A stretch of DNA of 64,000 bases from an uncultured Hormoscilla sp. (GTDB lineage: Bacteria; Cyanobacteriota; Cyanobacteriia; Cyanobacteriales; Desertifilaceae). Below are positions 1-11,888 of this stretch, one piece after another (position 1 is the first letter of the stretch; each line of letters begins with the position of its first letter). The position numbers and the translations under genes were made by a program. The stretch spans positions 4,544,001 to 4,608,000 of the forward strand of contig OZ001293.3 in assembly GCA_963921275.4 (NCBI GenBank). Direction: 5' to 3'. Below the pieces are notes generated by a model that saw nothing but the letters and a program-made list of their open reading frames with translations, was not told the origin of the DNA and did no database searches.

Positions 1-17
1 TGTGGGCAGGATTTGGC

Positions 18-1019
18 TTGGTGGGATTCAACCTAACAGTCAACACGCCTTTGCGGTATCTATTGAAAATAGCTCAGTGGTTGGTGTTTTTGGAACTAGG
101 GTTAATCGGGGCCACCATAATCCCAGGATTGGGCACGACAATCAATGGTGCGACGCGCTGGCTATTTTTTGGTTCTTTTCCCCTGCAACCTTCGGAGTTG
201 ATTAAACCATTCTTGGTGCTGCAAGGTGCCAAGGTGTTTGGTAACTGGGAACAGCTGACTGCAAAGGCTCGCTGGCGGTGGCTAGGGGTTTTTGCGGCGA
301 TCCTGGTAGGCATTTTGCTTCAGCCTAACCTGAGTACGGCGGCTTTCTGCGGCATGACCCTATTTTTAGTGGCTACAGCAGCTGGCTTGCCTTATGTTTA
401 TCTGGCAGCAACTGCTAGTGGTGGTTTGCTGTTAGGGACGATCAGTATTAGCTTCAATGAGTATCAGTGGCGTCGGATCATGTCTTTTTTGAATCCCTGG
501 GCAGACCCCAAGCAGGACGGCTATCAGTTGATTCAAAGTCTGCTGGCGATCGGTTCTGGTGGCACTTGGGGGACTGGCTATGGACTGTCTCAGCAAAAGT
601 TATTTTATTTGCCCATTCAGCACACGGATTTTATTTTTGCTGTCTATGCTGAAGAGTTTGGCTTGATTGGCAGTTGCCTGCTATTACTAATGCTGGCTGC
701 CTATGCTACCCTGGGATTGATGGTGGCCCTGAAGGCTAGCCCCAAGCTCCATCAGCTAGTGGCCATAGGGGCGACGGTGTTGCTCGTGGGGCAGTCTCTG
801 TTAAATATTGGTGTTGCTACTGGTGTACTGCCGACTACAGGGTTGCCTTTGCCGATGTTTAGCTATGGTGGCAATTCCATGATTGCGAGTTTGCTGGCAG
901 CTGGGTTGCTGATTTGCGTGGCCCGGGAAAGTTCTGAGGCTGAGGCGGTCCCGATCTATCGCACTGGCTTCCAGGGGCGATCGCCTTCTGGCCGCAAGTT
1001 TACCTCAGGTCGAAGATGA
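18..1019 (+). CDS. ftsW: FtsW/RodA/SpoVE family cell division protein (N-terminus probably outside the window)
   Basis: Motifs LQPSELIKP, GYQLIQSLLAIGSGG, LPIQHTDFIFAVYAEEFG, LPTTGLPLPMFSYGG. Confidence 0.9.
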   Translation: MVGFNLTVNTPLRYLLKIAQWLVFLELGLIGATIIPGLGTTINGATRWLFFGSFPLQPSELIKPFLVLQGAKVFGNWEQLTAKARWRWLGVFAAILVGILLQPNLSTAAFCGMTLFLVATAAGLPYVYLAATASGGLLLGTISISFNEYQWRRIMSFLNPWADPKQDGYQLIQSLLAIGSGGTWGTGYGLSQQKLFYLPIQHTDFIFAVYAEEFGLIGSCLLLLMLAAYATLGLMVALKASPKLHQLVAIGATVLLVGQSLLNIGVATGVLPTTGLPLPMFSYGGNSMIASLLAAGLLICVARESSEAEAVPIYRTGFQGRSPSGRKFTSGRR

Positions 1020-1099
1020 AAGCCGCAAAACTGGGAAAATACTTGACATTAACAGAGCTTTGTATTTGCACTTATACTTATCAGCAAGTTAGCCGATCG

Positions 1100-1777
1100 C
1101 ATTAATCCGTTTCTGCAAAACCTAGAAGAAACAATTTCCGCACTTCAGGACTTAAACAAGTTTATCATAGATGGGGCGATAGACTATTTTGGCAGAGAGA
1201 GGTTTGAACTGACATAAGGTTTTTACTCTCAGGACTTAAAAAAGTATCTGGAAAGGAAAGATCCAGCAACAGGATTAAAAAATGGTCGGGTAGCGCCTGA
1301 TAATGAATTGAAAATGTACGGATAAAAATGTTACGCACATTCAAAGCTGTACTGAAGTGAAATCAAGAATTTTTCCAGATAAAAAGTCAAAAAAGTAGAC
1401 CTTGTCTGATAATTTTTAACCGCTTTAATGAAAGATCCTTACTTATTTGAGTGTAAGATAAATAGTGAGGTAGTCATATCATGTATAGATAATTTTTGCT
1501 CGACGCTAGAGAAAAAACAGGTGATGGATAATAGATTTATTCCTACGAGTAATGCAGCAAAGAATAAACAAGAATAATGGGAAAAAGCTTTGACAATCTT
1601 CTATTTATCCACCTATTCTCTGGAATTAAATATCATTTAAATTTTGTGGCGCTTTATTAAATATGAGTGGCTAAATATTGATGCATATGAGAGTTGGAAA
1701 AGTTTGGTTAAAGCGGTGGAAGATGTGCTTCGAGACGTTGGAAAAAAATATAAAATTAATTTTGCCTAACTACTTAT
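1100..1777 (+). pseudogene. Decayed IS630-family transposase
   Basis: Broken frames read FYLSTYSLELNII*ILWRFIKYEWLNIDAYESWKSLVKAVEDVLRDVGKKYKINFA*; ends in AATTTTGCCTAACTACTTA, similar to the MITE ends at 8691-8848; left boundary approximate. Confidence 0.7.
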
Positions 1778-2947
1778 TGCAACAGGTGCAAGATATGAGT
1801 TCAAACTCACACCCTGCACCATTTTAAACTAGAGGCTGAGCCTCAATAACTCGTTCTCAGGGGTCGCCGGTGGGAACGACTGAGGGTAATTTTAGGCGAT
1901 CGCCTGCCCACGACGGCAGGGTTCCGAACCAGGTTCCCGCCAATATACCACCATCCAAAGTGGCAAATTACGAGCCATGAATGAAACAAGCCAGAAATAC
2001 TGACTACCCGTCCATCTCCAGGGCGATCGCTGATTATAACTCTGCTGCTGGCTCGGCATATTCAGATCCAAGGTAGCGCCTCCCAGATCCAACAGCAATA
2101 GTATTCATCCGCGATCGCGCTACCAGCAGCAGTTGTTGCCAAAGAGCGATCGCCTATGTTAAAATAGTTAAATCTTAGATATTGCACCTGTCGCAATAAC
2201 CAGTCTCTGGTTGCCAACTTTCTTCATAAGGCTTGAGCGTCGGTTTTAACCTAATGCTACTAAGAAATCAATTTTTATGGCAATTTTGAGCAAATTCTGG
2301 TATGATCATGAGCATTATTACCTAAAAAACGCTCATACCTATGCCAGTAAATGATTTCAGCCAGAACACTTGACATTGGTAGGCTACCTATGATCTAGTA
2401 TAGGTAACAGAACGTTTGGAATCAACCATTATGAGATGCGATCGCGATCCAGCTTGGCCTCGACGACAAGCTACAACAGTCAAAGTATTGGCTGAAGAGA
2501 TATTGCCAATTTTTGATGAAATATTCTCACGGTTATTAAAAAATGGGTAAAAAACTCCAAATTCCGGCTCTACTGGCGAGTATTAACCCCATTAATAATT
2601 TTATGGGGATTAATATATCAACCTTTAAACCGCGATCGCACATGTGATGCTGTAATAAGTCATTTGCATACAGGCGCAGTTTAGACAAAGAAGAAACTCA
2701 CCCATTTCCCCTCTCGCGTCGATTAAAATCATCAAGTACATCTAGTGCAAGGGCGATTGCGACTGCCACATATATAGCAATTATAAATCATTCGTGAAAG
2801 TTGAGAAACCAAGTTTATGGGCATTTGTGAACTCACAAATGCGGAAGATGGCCGTCCGGAGAAATTTCCAGGGTCGGCGAGGTTTTAAGGAGAGGATTTA
2901 GGGTATAGTGTAAATAGTCAAGTGACATAGTACCAGATCGCCCACGA

Positions 2948-3463
2948 GTGACCAGAAAAGCCCGATGGCCAATGGAGCGTTTAGCAACAAAGATAGAAGC
3001 CATACTATACCTAAAGGGAAAAGCACTGTTGATCGCCGAGATCGCCAACTTAGCCAAATGCGACAAGGGTCAGGCAAAAGCAGGGATGAAAGAACTAATG
3101 GCAGACTATGCCAGTCGAGACAGCGCCTTGGAAGTGGTAGAGACCCCAACAGGATACTCTCTGCAGCTGCGATCGGACTTTCAGGAGATCGCCTACAACC
3201 TACTGCCAGCAGAATTGGGAGTCGGAGCCTTGCGGACATTAGCGGCGATCGCCCTAAGTGATAAGATCTTACAAAGCGAGTTAGTGGAGTTGCGAGGCAG
3301 CGGCGCCTATCAGCACGTCGGCCAACTGGTAGAAATAGGGTTAGTGAAGCGACAGCGGCAAGCAAATGGGCGATCGTACTCCCTGCAGGTAACCAACAAA
3401 TTTCATCAATATTTCCAGATCGAGCAACTCCCGACCCTTACTGGTGAGGGAGTGAAGGGGTGA
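2948..3463 (+). CDS. scpB: SMC-Scp complex subunit ScpB (start probably ATG 2972)
   Basis: KIEAILY, ALRTLAAIA, ELVELRGSGAYQHV, VTNKFHQYF. Confidence 0.9.
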   Translation: MTRKARWPMERLATKIEAILYLKGKALLIAEIANLAKCDKGQAKAGMKELMADYASRDSALEVVETPTGYSLQLRSDFQEIAYNLLPAELGVGALRTLAAIALSDKILQSELVELRGSGAYQHVGQLVEIGLVKRQRQANGRSYSLQVTNKFHQYFQIEQLPTLTGEGVKG

Positions 3464-3576
3464 AGGTACGTGAATACAATTAACCTCCTTGGCAGGTTCA
3501 ATTCTCGATTTTCAATTCACTTCCCCAGATTAATGATATAATACAATAGTAGGCCAATCAGGTATTTACAAGTTTC

Positions 3577-3915
3577 ATGGTTTTTCCGCTTGAGGAATCA
3601 GAATTTTTCCCTGAATCTGCAACACAAGATCAAGGCAACGGCAACGATTTGCTGAAATACCTCAAAAAACAGGATTCTGATGTTTTAGCCCGAGTTGCCA
3701 AGTATATCACACCAGAAGTAAAATATCTCATCTCCCAGAAGGTTCACCCCCTGGTCGGAACCTTACCCTCGGAAAACTTTAACATGCAGATTGTCACTGA
3801 AAGGGAAAATCTCGCCAGTCTGCTGGCTTCTGCCATGATGAGCGGTTATTTCTTACGCCAGATGGAACAGCGGATGCAGCTAGATAGGAGCCTAGAAAAA
3901 GATCCTCCCCTGTAA
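3577..3915 (+). CDS. DUF760 family protein
   Basis: N.LLKYL, LVGTLPSENFNMQIVTERENLASLLASAMMSGYFLRQMEQR. Confidence 0.85.
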   Translation: MVFPLEESEFFPESATQDQGNGNDLLKYLKKQDSDVLARVAKYITPEVKYLISQKVHPLVGTLPSENFNMQIVTERENLASLLASAMMSGYFLRQMEQRMQLDRSLEKDPPL

Positions 3916-3944
3916 AATGGGGTGGTCGGCGATCGCATGAACCA

Positions 3945-5114
3945 TCAATCTTCATTCTGTCTGAGGGCAGCAGGTCGCACCGGAATCGAGAGGATCTTAC
4001 CATTGCGGTTGACTTGCACCCTCAATAGTTCTCCGACAACGCTAGCTTCTACCAGATCCTGAACTTCTGTGGCAGACTGGACGGGGGTACGATCGATTTT
4101 GACAATCACATCACCAGGAAGCAGACCAGCTTTAGCAGCAGGTGAATCTGAGAAGACTTTGACAATCAAAACCCCTTCGTCAGAGGTAATCTTTAGCTGG
4201 CCGTATGAATTAAATTTAGCACTGACAGCAGGGGAAAGCTTGGCCATTTGAATACCCAAAAAGGGATGCCAAACCTCACCGTGAGCAAATAGCTGTGCGG
4301 CAATGCGCTGGGCCGTTTCGATCGGGATAGCAAAACCCAAACCTTGAGCATTGGCACGAATAGCTGTATTCATGCCAATAACTTCACCCCGAGCGTTCAG
4401 GAGGGGGCCGCCGGAGTTACCTGGATTAATAGCCACATCGGTTTGGATAAACCGGACTCTTTGATCAGATACGCCCACTTGGGAACTGGAACGACCGGTA
4501 GCGCTGATAATCCCGGCAGTCACCGTATTGTCCAAACCCAGAGGATTCCCGATCGCGATCGCCCATTGTCCGGGCACCAGGTCAGCGGAACTGCCCAGCT
4601 GCACCGTCGGCAGATCGGACGCCGCAATTTTCACTACGGCCACATCCGTGACTGGGTCTATGCCCAGCACCTCACCTGCAAAGTGGCGACCGTCCTTGAG
4701 GGTGACATCTACCACCTCCGAACCTGCCACAACATGAGCATTAGTGATAATATTACCATCTCTACTGAGGAGAAAACCCGAACCCGTGCCCCGGGCCAAT
4801 CTTTCTCGTCTCGGAAACCGATCGCCAAAAAACCGCATCAGGGGAGCAGGCATTGTCTCCAGCACAGAGGAGACCACTTGGCGAGTGGCATCAATGCGCA
4901 CTACAGCCGGTCCAGTTTTGGATACCGCCTCAGCAATAAAATTAGGATGAGAATGGCCGCGAAAGGCCGGCTGAGGCAGGGCTAAAGGTTGCAGAACCAC
5001 CGACGGGCGATCGGGAGTTTTGGGGAACATATAGCGACTGCCTAACAATCCCGCACCCCCGCCAATTGTCAGCAAACTCAGATAAATCGTCAATTGCTTG
5101 AAAGATAAACTCAT
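3945..5114 (-). CDS. HtrA/HhoA/HhoB (Deg) serine protease with PDZ domain
   Basis: TNAHVV, DVAVVKI, INPGNSGGPL catalytic motifs; C-terminal PDZ (SPAAKAGLLPGDVI). Confidence 0.95.
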   Translation of the reverse strand: MSLSFKQLTIYLSLLTIGGGAGLLGSRYMFPKTPDRPSVVLQPLALPQPAFRGHSHPNFIAEAVSKTGPAVVRIDATRQVVSSVLETMPAPLMRFFGDRFPRRERLARGTGSGFLLSRDGNIITNAHVVAGSEVVDVTLKDGRHFAGEVLGIDPVTDVAVVKIAASDLPTVQLGSSADLVPGQWAIAIGNPLGLDNTVTAGIISATGRSSSQVGVSDQRVRFIQTDVAINPGNSGGPLLNARGEVIGMNTAIRANAQGLGFAIPIETAQRIAAQLFAHGEVWHPFLGIQMAKLSPAVSAKFNSYGQLKITSDEGVLIVKVFSDSPAAKAGLLPGDVIVKIDRTPVQSATEVQDLVEASVVGELLRVQVNRNGKILSIPVRPAALRQNED

Positions 5115-5574
5115 ATTGCCTTGCCCACCACCGTCAGTTGTCCGTTGTCCGTGAAAGAATTTTGAATTGGGAATTTTGAATGCTGGATATGCTTCAAACT
5201 ATATTAATGATTATATTAGCAACAATAGTCCGGACAGTTTTGAGAAGAATTTTTATAATTCACTATTGTTAATATCCAGTCATCGTCATACATATGTATG
5301 ACGACAGCCAGTTGAAAAGGGAGTTGGTCCGAAAGCTATCCACCCTGTAGAGTGTTATAGTAAACCAAATCTAAGAAGCACTCCTGGGATAGTCGAGTCG
5401 AGTCTTCTCGCCTCACTGCTGGAAACAGCAGGCCATTTCTACAAACCCCCCTTGCCAGTTTCTTGACCATTGATAACCACCATTTTCGTGGCCATTAGGC
5501 ATTGTCAACTACACTCTCCGTCGGTACAGCCACTTGTCAACCTAGCGCATGGCGCAGCCATGCGTACCTATCGC

Positions 5575-6323
5575 CGATGTCTCCTGTGTGCCGTATGGAC
5601 CCTGGGACAAGAGCACCGGCAGAGATATCGAAAAGTAAGAAGTACATCGGACCACAGAAAAGAAGGGGACGCCGATGTCTCCTGTGTGCCGTATGGACCC
5701 TGGGACAAGAGCAAGGAGCAGAGATATCTTCGTCGCGCTATACGCTACGCTGGTAAGGTAGATAAAACCTTCCCCAGTCGCTTTCAGTTCCTTAAGACCC
5801 GCATTGGACGGCGTCCAGCAGGAGACAGCGGTGGTGTGGTCTGTGAGTCTCCGATGTCTCCTGTGTGCTGAGTCCCCTGGGACAAGAGCAAGGAGCAGAG
5901 ATATCGAAAGCCAGTATCACTTGACATGGGTGATAATATGTTAGATAACCCATGTCAAGTGATACTGTCGGCGCATTCGGTTGGTCTATTTGCTTCATAT
6001 GCACAATGGCAAGGGCGGTTATGTGGTGCAAGTTCGATGGCTGACCTGGATATTGACAAAAAGATCCGATCGCATTTCGGCGGAGGCGCCCTTGTTCCAG
6101 ATTGAATTCATTTTCCGCTCCGGGGCGTCAGTTTACTGGGCTTGCCCATTGTCAGGCACCCTCACGACTAAGCAGGAATTCCCATGTCGATGTCTCCTGT
6201 GTGCCGTATGTCCCCGGGCCCGAAGACAAGAGCTCTGGCATAGATATCGAAAATGTTAGTCTCGATGTCTCCTGTGTGCCGTATGTCCCCGGGCCCGGGG
6301 ACAAGAGTTCTGGCAGAGATATC
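5575..6323. repeat. Cluster of five ~56-62 bp hairpin repeats (CGATGTCTCC...GGACAAGAGC...AGATATCG)
   Basis: Copies at about 5575, 5673, 5852, 6188 and 6263 with inverted termini. Confidence 0.85.
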
Positions 6324-6717
6324 TTCTGGGCCGGTCCGGAAAGCCAAAACAGCCAGACAACAGTCAAGGGCCAGCAACCTGTGTCCCAAGACATGCATGG
6401 GACGATAGTATCTCATGCATGTCTTGGGACACAACCACTCCGTTGAGTTTCAAATCTTGCCGACTATAAACGCGCTTCTGAGAGCATATGCATGAACTTA
6501 TTTATTTCCTTGTTTGAGCCAACGAAAGATTAAATCTCACAAAGATGTCTCCCCACCAGTTGTGCTTTTAGCGCTCCCAGGAGACATCGAACGAACTACC
6601 AGAACCTGCTTGCCTACGGGGCCATAGCCTTCTAATTTTGTCCGGAGTATTGTACTGAGCTGATATGCTTAATCCTAGATCTCTGAGCTGCTGGATTGAC
6701 CTGTTTTAATCCTTTTT

Positions 6718-7467
6718 GTGATGTCACGAACGTTAACCACTTCCCTGCAAGAGCAACAACATCCTCTGATGCGCCAGCTAGCTGCATGTCTGGAGGGCGT
6801 CTGGCGCAGTCACCTGAACCTGAGTCCTGGGTACCTGCCGGATGAGTTGGGCTATGTGGAGGGACGCTTGGAGGGGGAGAAGCTGGCGATCGAAAATCGC
6901 TGCTATCAAACCCCCCAGTTCCGCAAGATCCACCTGGAGTTGGCGAAGGTGGGCCAGACCCTGGATATCTTGCACTGCGTCATGTTTCCCCGCCCTAATT
7001 ACAATCTACCCATGTTTGGCTGCGACTTGGTGGGGGCCCGGGGACAAATTAGTGCGGCAATCGCCGACTTGTCTCCTGTCAGTCCCAACCGCACTTTGCC
7101 CGACGCCTATCGCGAGGCCCTGGACGCCACCCCTAAACCTGAATTTTCCCAACCCCGTCAACTTCCGCCCTGGGGAGAGATATTCTCGGAGTTTTGCTTG
7201 TTTATCCGACCCGCAGACTCCCAGGAAGAGGCCCTGTTTCTCCAGCGGGTGGAGACCTTTGTGGATATTCATTGCCGTCAAGCGGTGATCGCCCAGCCAG
7301 TGGAACCGTCGCAACAGAGTGAAATCCTCGCTGGTCAGCGCTATTATTGCACTCAGCAGCAGCAGAATGATAAGACTCGTCGGGTGCTGGAAAAGGCTTT
7401 TGGTTCGGAATGGACCGATCGCTACATGACTTCAGTGCTATTTGACTATGTTGAAGATCTGGCCTAG
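6718..7467 (+). CDS. pcyA: Phycocyanobilin:ferredoxin oxidoreductase
   Basis: [41 protein letters not shown]. Confidence 0.97.
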   Translation: MMSRTLTTSLQEQQHPLMRQLAACLEGVWRSHLNLSPGYLPDELGYVEGRLEGEKLAIENRCYQTPQFRKIHLELAKVGQTLDILHCVMFPRPNYNLPMFGCDLVGARGQISAAIADLSPVSPNRTLPDAYREALDATPKPEFSQPRQLPPWGEIFSEFCLFIRPADSQEEALFLQRVETFVDIHCRQAVIAQPVEPSQQSEILAGQRYYCTQQQQNDKTRRVLEKAFGSEWTDRYMTSVLFDYVEDLA

Positions 7468-7598
7468 CTGCTGGGATGGTGAAGGGCGAACAATTACCAA
7501 TTCCAAATTGACAGTTGAAGATCTGGCCTAGCTGCTGGGATGGTGAAGGGCGAACAATTACCAATTCCAAATTGACAACTGACAACTGACAATTGACA
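7451..7598 (+). repeat. 63-bp tandem duplication spanning the pcyA stop codon, followed by TGACAAC/T heptamers
   Basis: GTTGAAGATCTGGCCTAG...CCAAATTGACA occurs twice. Confidence 0.9.
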
Positions 7599-7683
7599 AT
7601 CGTTAACAACCTATAACACTTGTAAATTAGCAATTGGCAATGAATAATAATTGAACTGCTGTTTTCAGGGAGAACATCACATA

Positions 7684-8052
7684 ATGGACGATATGTTTTT
7701 GAATATGCTTAGCTTCCTGTTTGAGACGACAGAATTTATCCAGTCAGAAGAAGAGGAGGAGATACCAGAACGAGACATAATTTGTCTGCAGATATAAAAC
7801 ATGATTAAGAAGCTAGAGAAAGAACAAAAAGTTACAGAAGATATCAGAGTAGAAGTAGAAGCATTGAAGTCAAAGCTGCCCGTTATTGAAAAGTGGGATG
7901 AAGATGATGAAGTTTATTATTATGAAGATGATGAGGATGAAGATGACGAAGGGGATGAAGATGATGAAGAGTATTCAGAAGAATATGAGTCCGATGAAGA
8001 TTTAGATGATGAGGATGATTTAGATGATGAGGATGAAGATGAAGATGAGTAA
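7684..8052 (+). pseudogene. Small protein with acidic D/E tail; in-frame TAA just before the 7801 ORF
   Basis: ATG 7684 is in frame with ORF 7801-8052, separated by one stop. Confidence 0.5.
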
Positions 8053-8301
8053 GTTCTAGGGGAAGATGATGAAGATTAGAATGAGTACGATGAGTATTAC
8101 TAGGTCAACAGTTGATTAAAAAGACAAGAGTATTCATACTTTAGAGTTCCTTTGTATGCTTCACAAGGATTAGAATGAGTAGGATGAGTATTACTAGGTC
8201 AATAGTTGATTAAAAAGACAAAAAAATTCATACTTTACAGTCATAAAGAGCAAAAGTTCTCTACTCTATCAACGGTCTGCATGACCGCACCTATGGGACA
8301 A

Positions 8302-8525
8302 GTCACCCTTACTATGTGGCATATCACCCTTACTATGTGGCATATCACCCTTACTATGTGGCATATCACCCTTACTATGTGGCATATCACCCTTACTATG
8401 TGGCATATCACCCTTACTATGTGGCATGTCACCCTTACTATGTGGCATGTCACCCTTACTATGTAGCATGTTACCCTTACCATGTAGCATGTTACCCTTA
8501 CCTTTGACATGTAACGCTTACTATG
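8302..8525. repeat. 21-bp minisatellite (TCACCCTTACTATGTGGCATA/G), about 9-10 units
   Basis: Direct reading; explains the repetitive ORFs in several frames. Confidence 0.95.
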
Positions 8526-8554
8526 TGACCAAGTCGGCTACGAATTCCGAAGCA

Positions 8555-9136
8555 CTAGGATAGCTTGCGGAAGTTTACTCGCAGTCCATCGCGAGGATGG
8601 AGAGTCGGCACCGCATCCAGGGTAAGATTTTGTTTAGGGCATCCTGTCCGGGCTCTTCTTGCCGATGTCGCGCCACTTGTTCGATAGGATCTAAGTATAT
8701 AGGCAAAATTATTTTGATATTTTTTACAGCCGTAAATTTTCAATAATTTAGATTGCTGAAATCTTTATGGGGTAAGGCTTTCAACTATAATTTTACTGCT
8801 CGATCGCCTATGCCACAAATATAAAAATAATTTTGCACAATTACTTAGCAATTGGTTCCGTGCCCGCAATGCCTTACCATAGGTTGTCCAACTCCAGCGC
8901 AGTGGCAGGGCGAATAAACCAGCCGTCAGTTCAGTAAACCATTGGGAAAGACGCCCTGTCATCTCTCCGGGTTTATTACCCATTAGCAAGGTGCTGGCAA
9001 TTTCAAAGGTCAGTTGTTTGAGTTCCCCAAACCAGGTAAAGCTACCCATACTTTCCCATTTTTCCAGATAGCTGAGGGTAATGTCTTTCATTATAGTCAG
9101 GTAATTTGCTAAAGCTGGACCGTGAAAAGCGGGCAT
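8555..9136 (-). pseudogene. Cytochrome P450 (CYP120-like) remnant; central part lost at a MITE
   Basis: PAFHGPALANYL...TTYGKALRARNQLL and C-terminal QNLTLDAVPTLHPRDGLRVNF; no heme-Cys region. Confidence 0.75.
8691..8848. mobile_element. IS630-type MITE (~158 bp)
   Basis: Inverted ends CTAAGTATATAGGCAAAATTATTTT / AAAATAATTTTGCACAATTACTTAG. Confidence 0.7.
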
Positions 9137-9290
9137 TAGCAGCTTCTGGTGTCTCCTGGGTAGTGCGAGTACGATGTCTCCCGGGTAGTGCGACTAGCCC
9201 TCCGGGGAGAGATTGAGTTTCCAGGAGACGCCAGGTAGACCAAAGCTGCCTGGAGGTAAAGGTTTTTCTCTTTTTGTCATGTCGCGAGTG

Positions 9291-10082
9291 CTATTCGTGC
9301 AATTTGACAGCGGTTCTGATTATCTGTCCTGCTAACATGGCCGCCCCGAAACCATTATCTATATTAACCACGCCAATGCCAGCAGCGCAAGAATTGAGCA
9401 TTGCCAACAGGGCAGCTAAACCTTTAAAACTAGCACCGTAACCTACACTGGTAGGCACGGCAATCACGGGACAATCTGCCAAACCCCCGACTACACTGGG
9501 CAAGGCCCCTTCCATTCCTGCTGCTACGATTAACACATTAGCAGCATCAATAACTTGGCGGTTACTCAACAGGCGATGGATGCCAGAAACCCCCACATCC
9601 CAGAGGCGCTGCACTTGAAAACCGCCCAGTTCCGCTGTTACTGCTGCTTCTTCTGCTACGGGTAAATCTGCTGTTCCTGCTGATAATATCCCTATTTTAC
9701 CCGGATGCTGCACTTGAGGCGTCCCTAGAGCACATATTCTAGCAGTCTGGTAATAGCGTAAGTCAGGTACTTTTGATTGTACTTCAGCATAGACATCTGG
9801 TTCGATCCGCGTTGCCATCACTACAGCCGTGCGATTTTTCGGACCGTCCGCGGGCCGATCGCGCATCACCTTGATAATCTCAGCAATTTGTGCTGGAGTT
9901 TTCCCTAGTCCCCAGATTACTTCTGGAAAACCCGTTCTCAAACTGCGATGATGGTCGATGCGGGCAAAATCTCCCACCGGTTCAAAGTCAAAATGCTTAA
10001 GCCGATCTAAAGCGTCACCTGGGGTTACTTGACCAGCTGCGACTGATTCTAACAGAGTTCGTAAGGCTTCAGGTTGAGTCAC
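9291..10082 (-). CDS. larB: LarB/CpmA family (AIR carboxylase-like) protein
   Basis: ARIDHHRSLRTGFPEVIWG, AGTADLPVAEEA, AGMEGALPSVV, VVNIDNGFGAA. Confidence 0.9.
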   Translation of the reverse strand: MTQPEALRTLLESVAAGQVTPGDALDRLKHFDFEPVGDFARIDHHRSLRTGFPEVIWGLGKTPAQIAEIIKVMRDRPADGPKNRTAVVMATRIEPDVYAEVQSKVPDLRYYQTARICALGTPQVQHPGKIGILSAGTADLPVAEEAAVTAELGGFQVQRLWDVGVSGIHRLLSNRQVIDAANVLIVAAGMEGALPSVVGGLADCPVIAVPTSVGYGASFKGLAALLAMLNSCAAGIGVVNIDNGFGAAMLAGQIIRTAVKLHE

Positions 10083-10369
10083 GAGATTGTTAATTGTTAA
10101 TGGTTAATATAAATACTCACTTCGCACTTCACCCGCCGGGGGTTCACCAGGGGTTAAAACCCCCGGCAACCCGCGTCATAATGCGGTAGCTAGTTCATGT
10201 AGGGTGGGCAGTGCCCACCTTACTGTAGCATGGGATTAGCGGGCGATCGGGCACTGCCATCCGATCCACCTCAAACAGCTTTTCAGGTAAAATAGTAGCA
10301 CAGTGGTTTGACTCCAAACTGCATACAACTTACATTTGGCACCAGAAGTCCTGATAGAGGTAAATTGTC

Positions 10370-11764
10370 ATGAACCAACAGACGATCGAGGTAGTAGTAC
10401 TCGGGAATGCACAAGGGCCGCCCACCAGGACTACCACTCCACCACGCAAGCCAAAGTGGCATGATACAATTAATTACATAGGAAATCCCGATAGTTTCTG
10501 TCGCCAAAATCGGGAAAAATATGGTCCCTGCTTCAAAACAGCGCTACGGTCTTTGTGGGGTCTGCTAAAGCAATTCAAATGGCTTTTAATGGGGACATGA
10601 AGTATACAGAGATTGACTTGCCACTTACGACAATGGACATGTTTGGTCCCTACAGCCTGTTTCAGCGTCCTGATTTACATCGCCAGCGCAAAACTGCTCT
10701 GGGACCGGGTCTGACTAGTCGCGCCCTTGATGGATATACGCCCCAGATCGATGAGACGATCTGGCGTGGCCTCCAGGACTGGAGGTCCCCCGGTAGCATA
10801 GCACTCTACCCGACAGTGGAGAAGATCTGTTTTGACGTGCTTGTCCCTCTGTTGCTGGGAGTCACCTGGAATCACTCTGATCGGGCGACCTTCGAGGGTC
10901 TACCCGTTTCCTCGAAGGCGGAACTAAAGGCTTTGTATAAGACATATTTTGATGGCTTCTATGGCTTGTTGAAGTGGATGTCTCGTTTCACAGCATATGG
11001 TCGGGGACTCAAGGCGCGGGCGGCGCTGATCGACTTTATGAGGGCTGTGATTCGCAGGCGGCGGGTAGAAGGGCCCAATTAATCCTGCTGCGGTATTTCT
11101 GTCGATGATGCTAGCTGGCCAGCAGGAAAATCCAGATGGGGTTTTTAGTGATGACCTGATAGAGAGTTAATGCTTACTACGGTTATGGGCGTCACACTAC
11201 AACATTTCCGTACTGATATGTTCTCTGATCTACTAGCTGGGGGGACACCCACAGGTGGTGCAGCGGCTGCTCGAAGAGCAAGCAGTGGTGATGGGTATAC
11301 AGAGCAATGTCAACAGGTTTGAACCGGAGCATTTGAAGCAGATGCTTTTTCTAGAGGCGACTATCAAGGAGATACTGCGCACCCTACCTCCGAGCTCAAG
11401 TGCTAATCGTCGGCTCATTAAGTCTGTGGTGTTGGATGGGGTGCTATACGAGAAGGGCTGGGTTCTGATTGCCGAGCCACGGATTGCTAACATGATGGCA
11501 GAACATTTTCACAAACCGGAGCTATTCGATCCAGATTGTTTCGGACCAGAGCGTGGCGAGGGAAAGATGTATCAGTTCATTGCCTTTGGCGGTGGCGTCC
11601 ACGCCTGTCTGGGAGCCCAGATGACGATGGTAGTCACTAAGCTGTTCGCCTCTCATTTGCTGCGCCTGTTTGACTGGAAACTGACGGGGGAGGCCAAGTT
11701 CGTGCAGTTTCCCCTCAGGAAGATTAAGGATGATTACCAAATTGATATTGTACGCCGAGTGTAG
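10370..11764 (+). pseudogene. Cytochrome P450 (CYP120-like), frameshifts and stops
   Basis: Fragments across ORFs 10370, 10555 and 11255; EILR motif and FGGGVHACLG heme motif. Confidence 0.9.
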
Positions 11765-11888
11765 AGAGCATTCAAGAATTAAGATAGAAGCTAGAAACCG
11801 GGTTTCTACTGTCGCGAGCAACGAGAATTCAATGCTTCGACCAGAGAAACCAGGTTATCAGTACCGACGCTCTAGGAATTCCACATCC

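Noticed and set aside
1774..2830. Complete IS bounded by TTATTGCAACAGGTGCAAGATATGAG (1774) and its inverse near 2175
   Set aside because: The inverted pair is real, but no recognisable transposase could be read between or beside them, so no family was assigned
5391..6180. Highly decayed group II intron on the minus strand
   Set aside because: Only a vague DV/DVI-like segment near 5391-5467; no AGC triad context or GTGCG 5' end found
5575..6323. CRISPR-like repeat-spacer array
   Set aside because: Spacing is irregular (about 13 to 280 bp) and the same core is dispersed inside genes elsewhere
8206..8510. Repetitive peptides (MWHITLT, HSKGDMP and others)
   Set aside because: Translations of the 21-bp minisatellite in multiple frames
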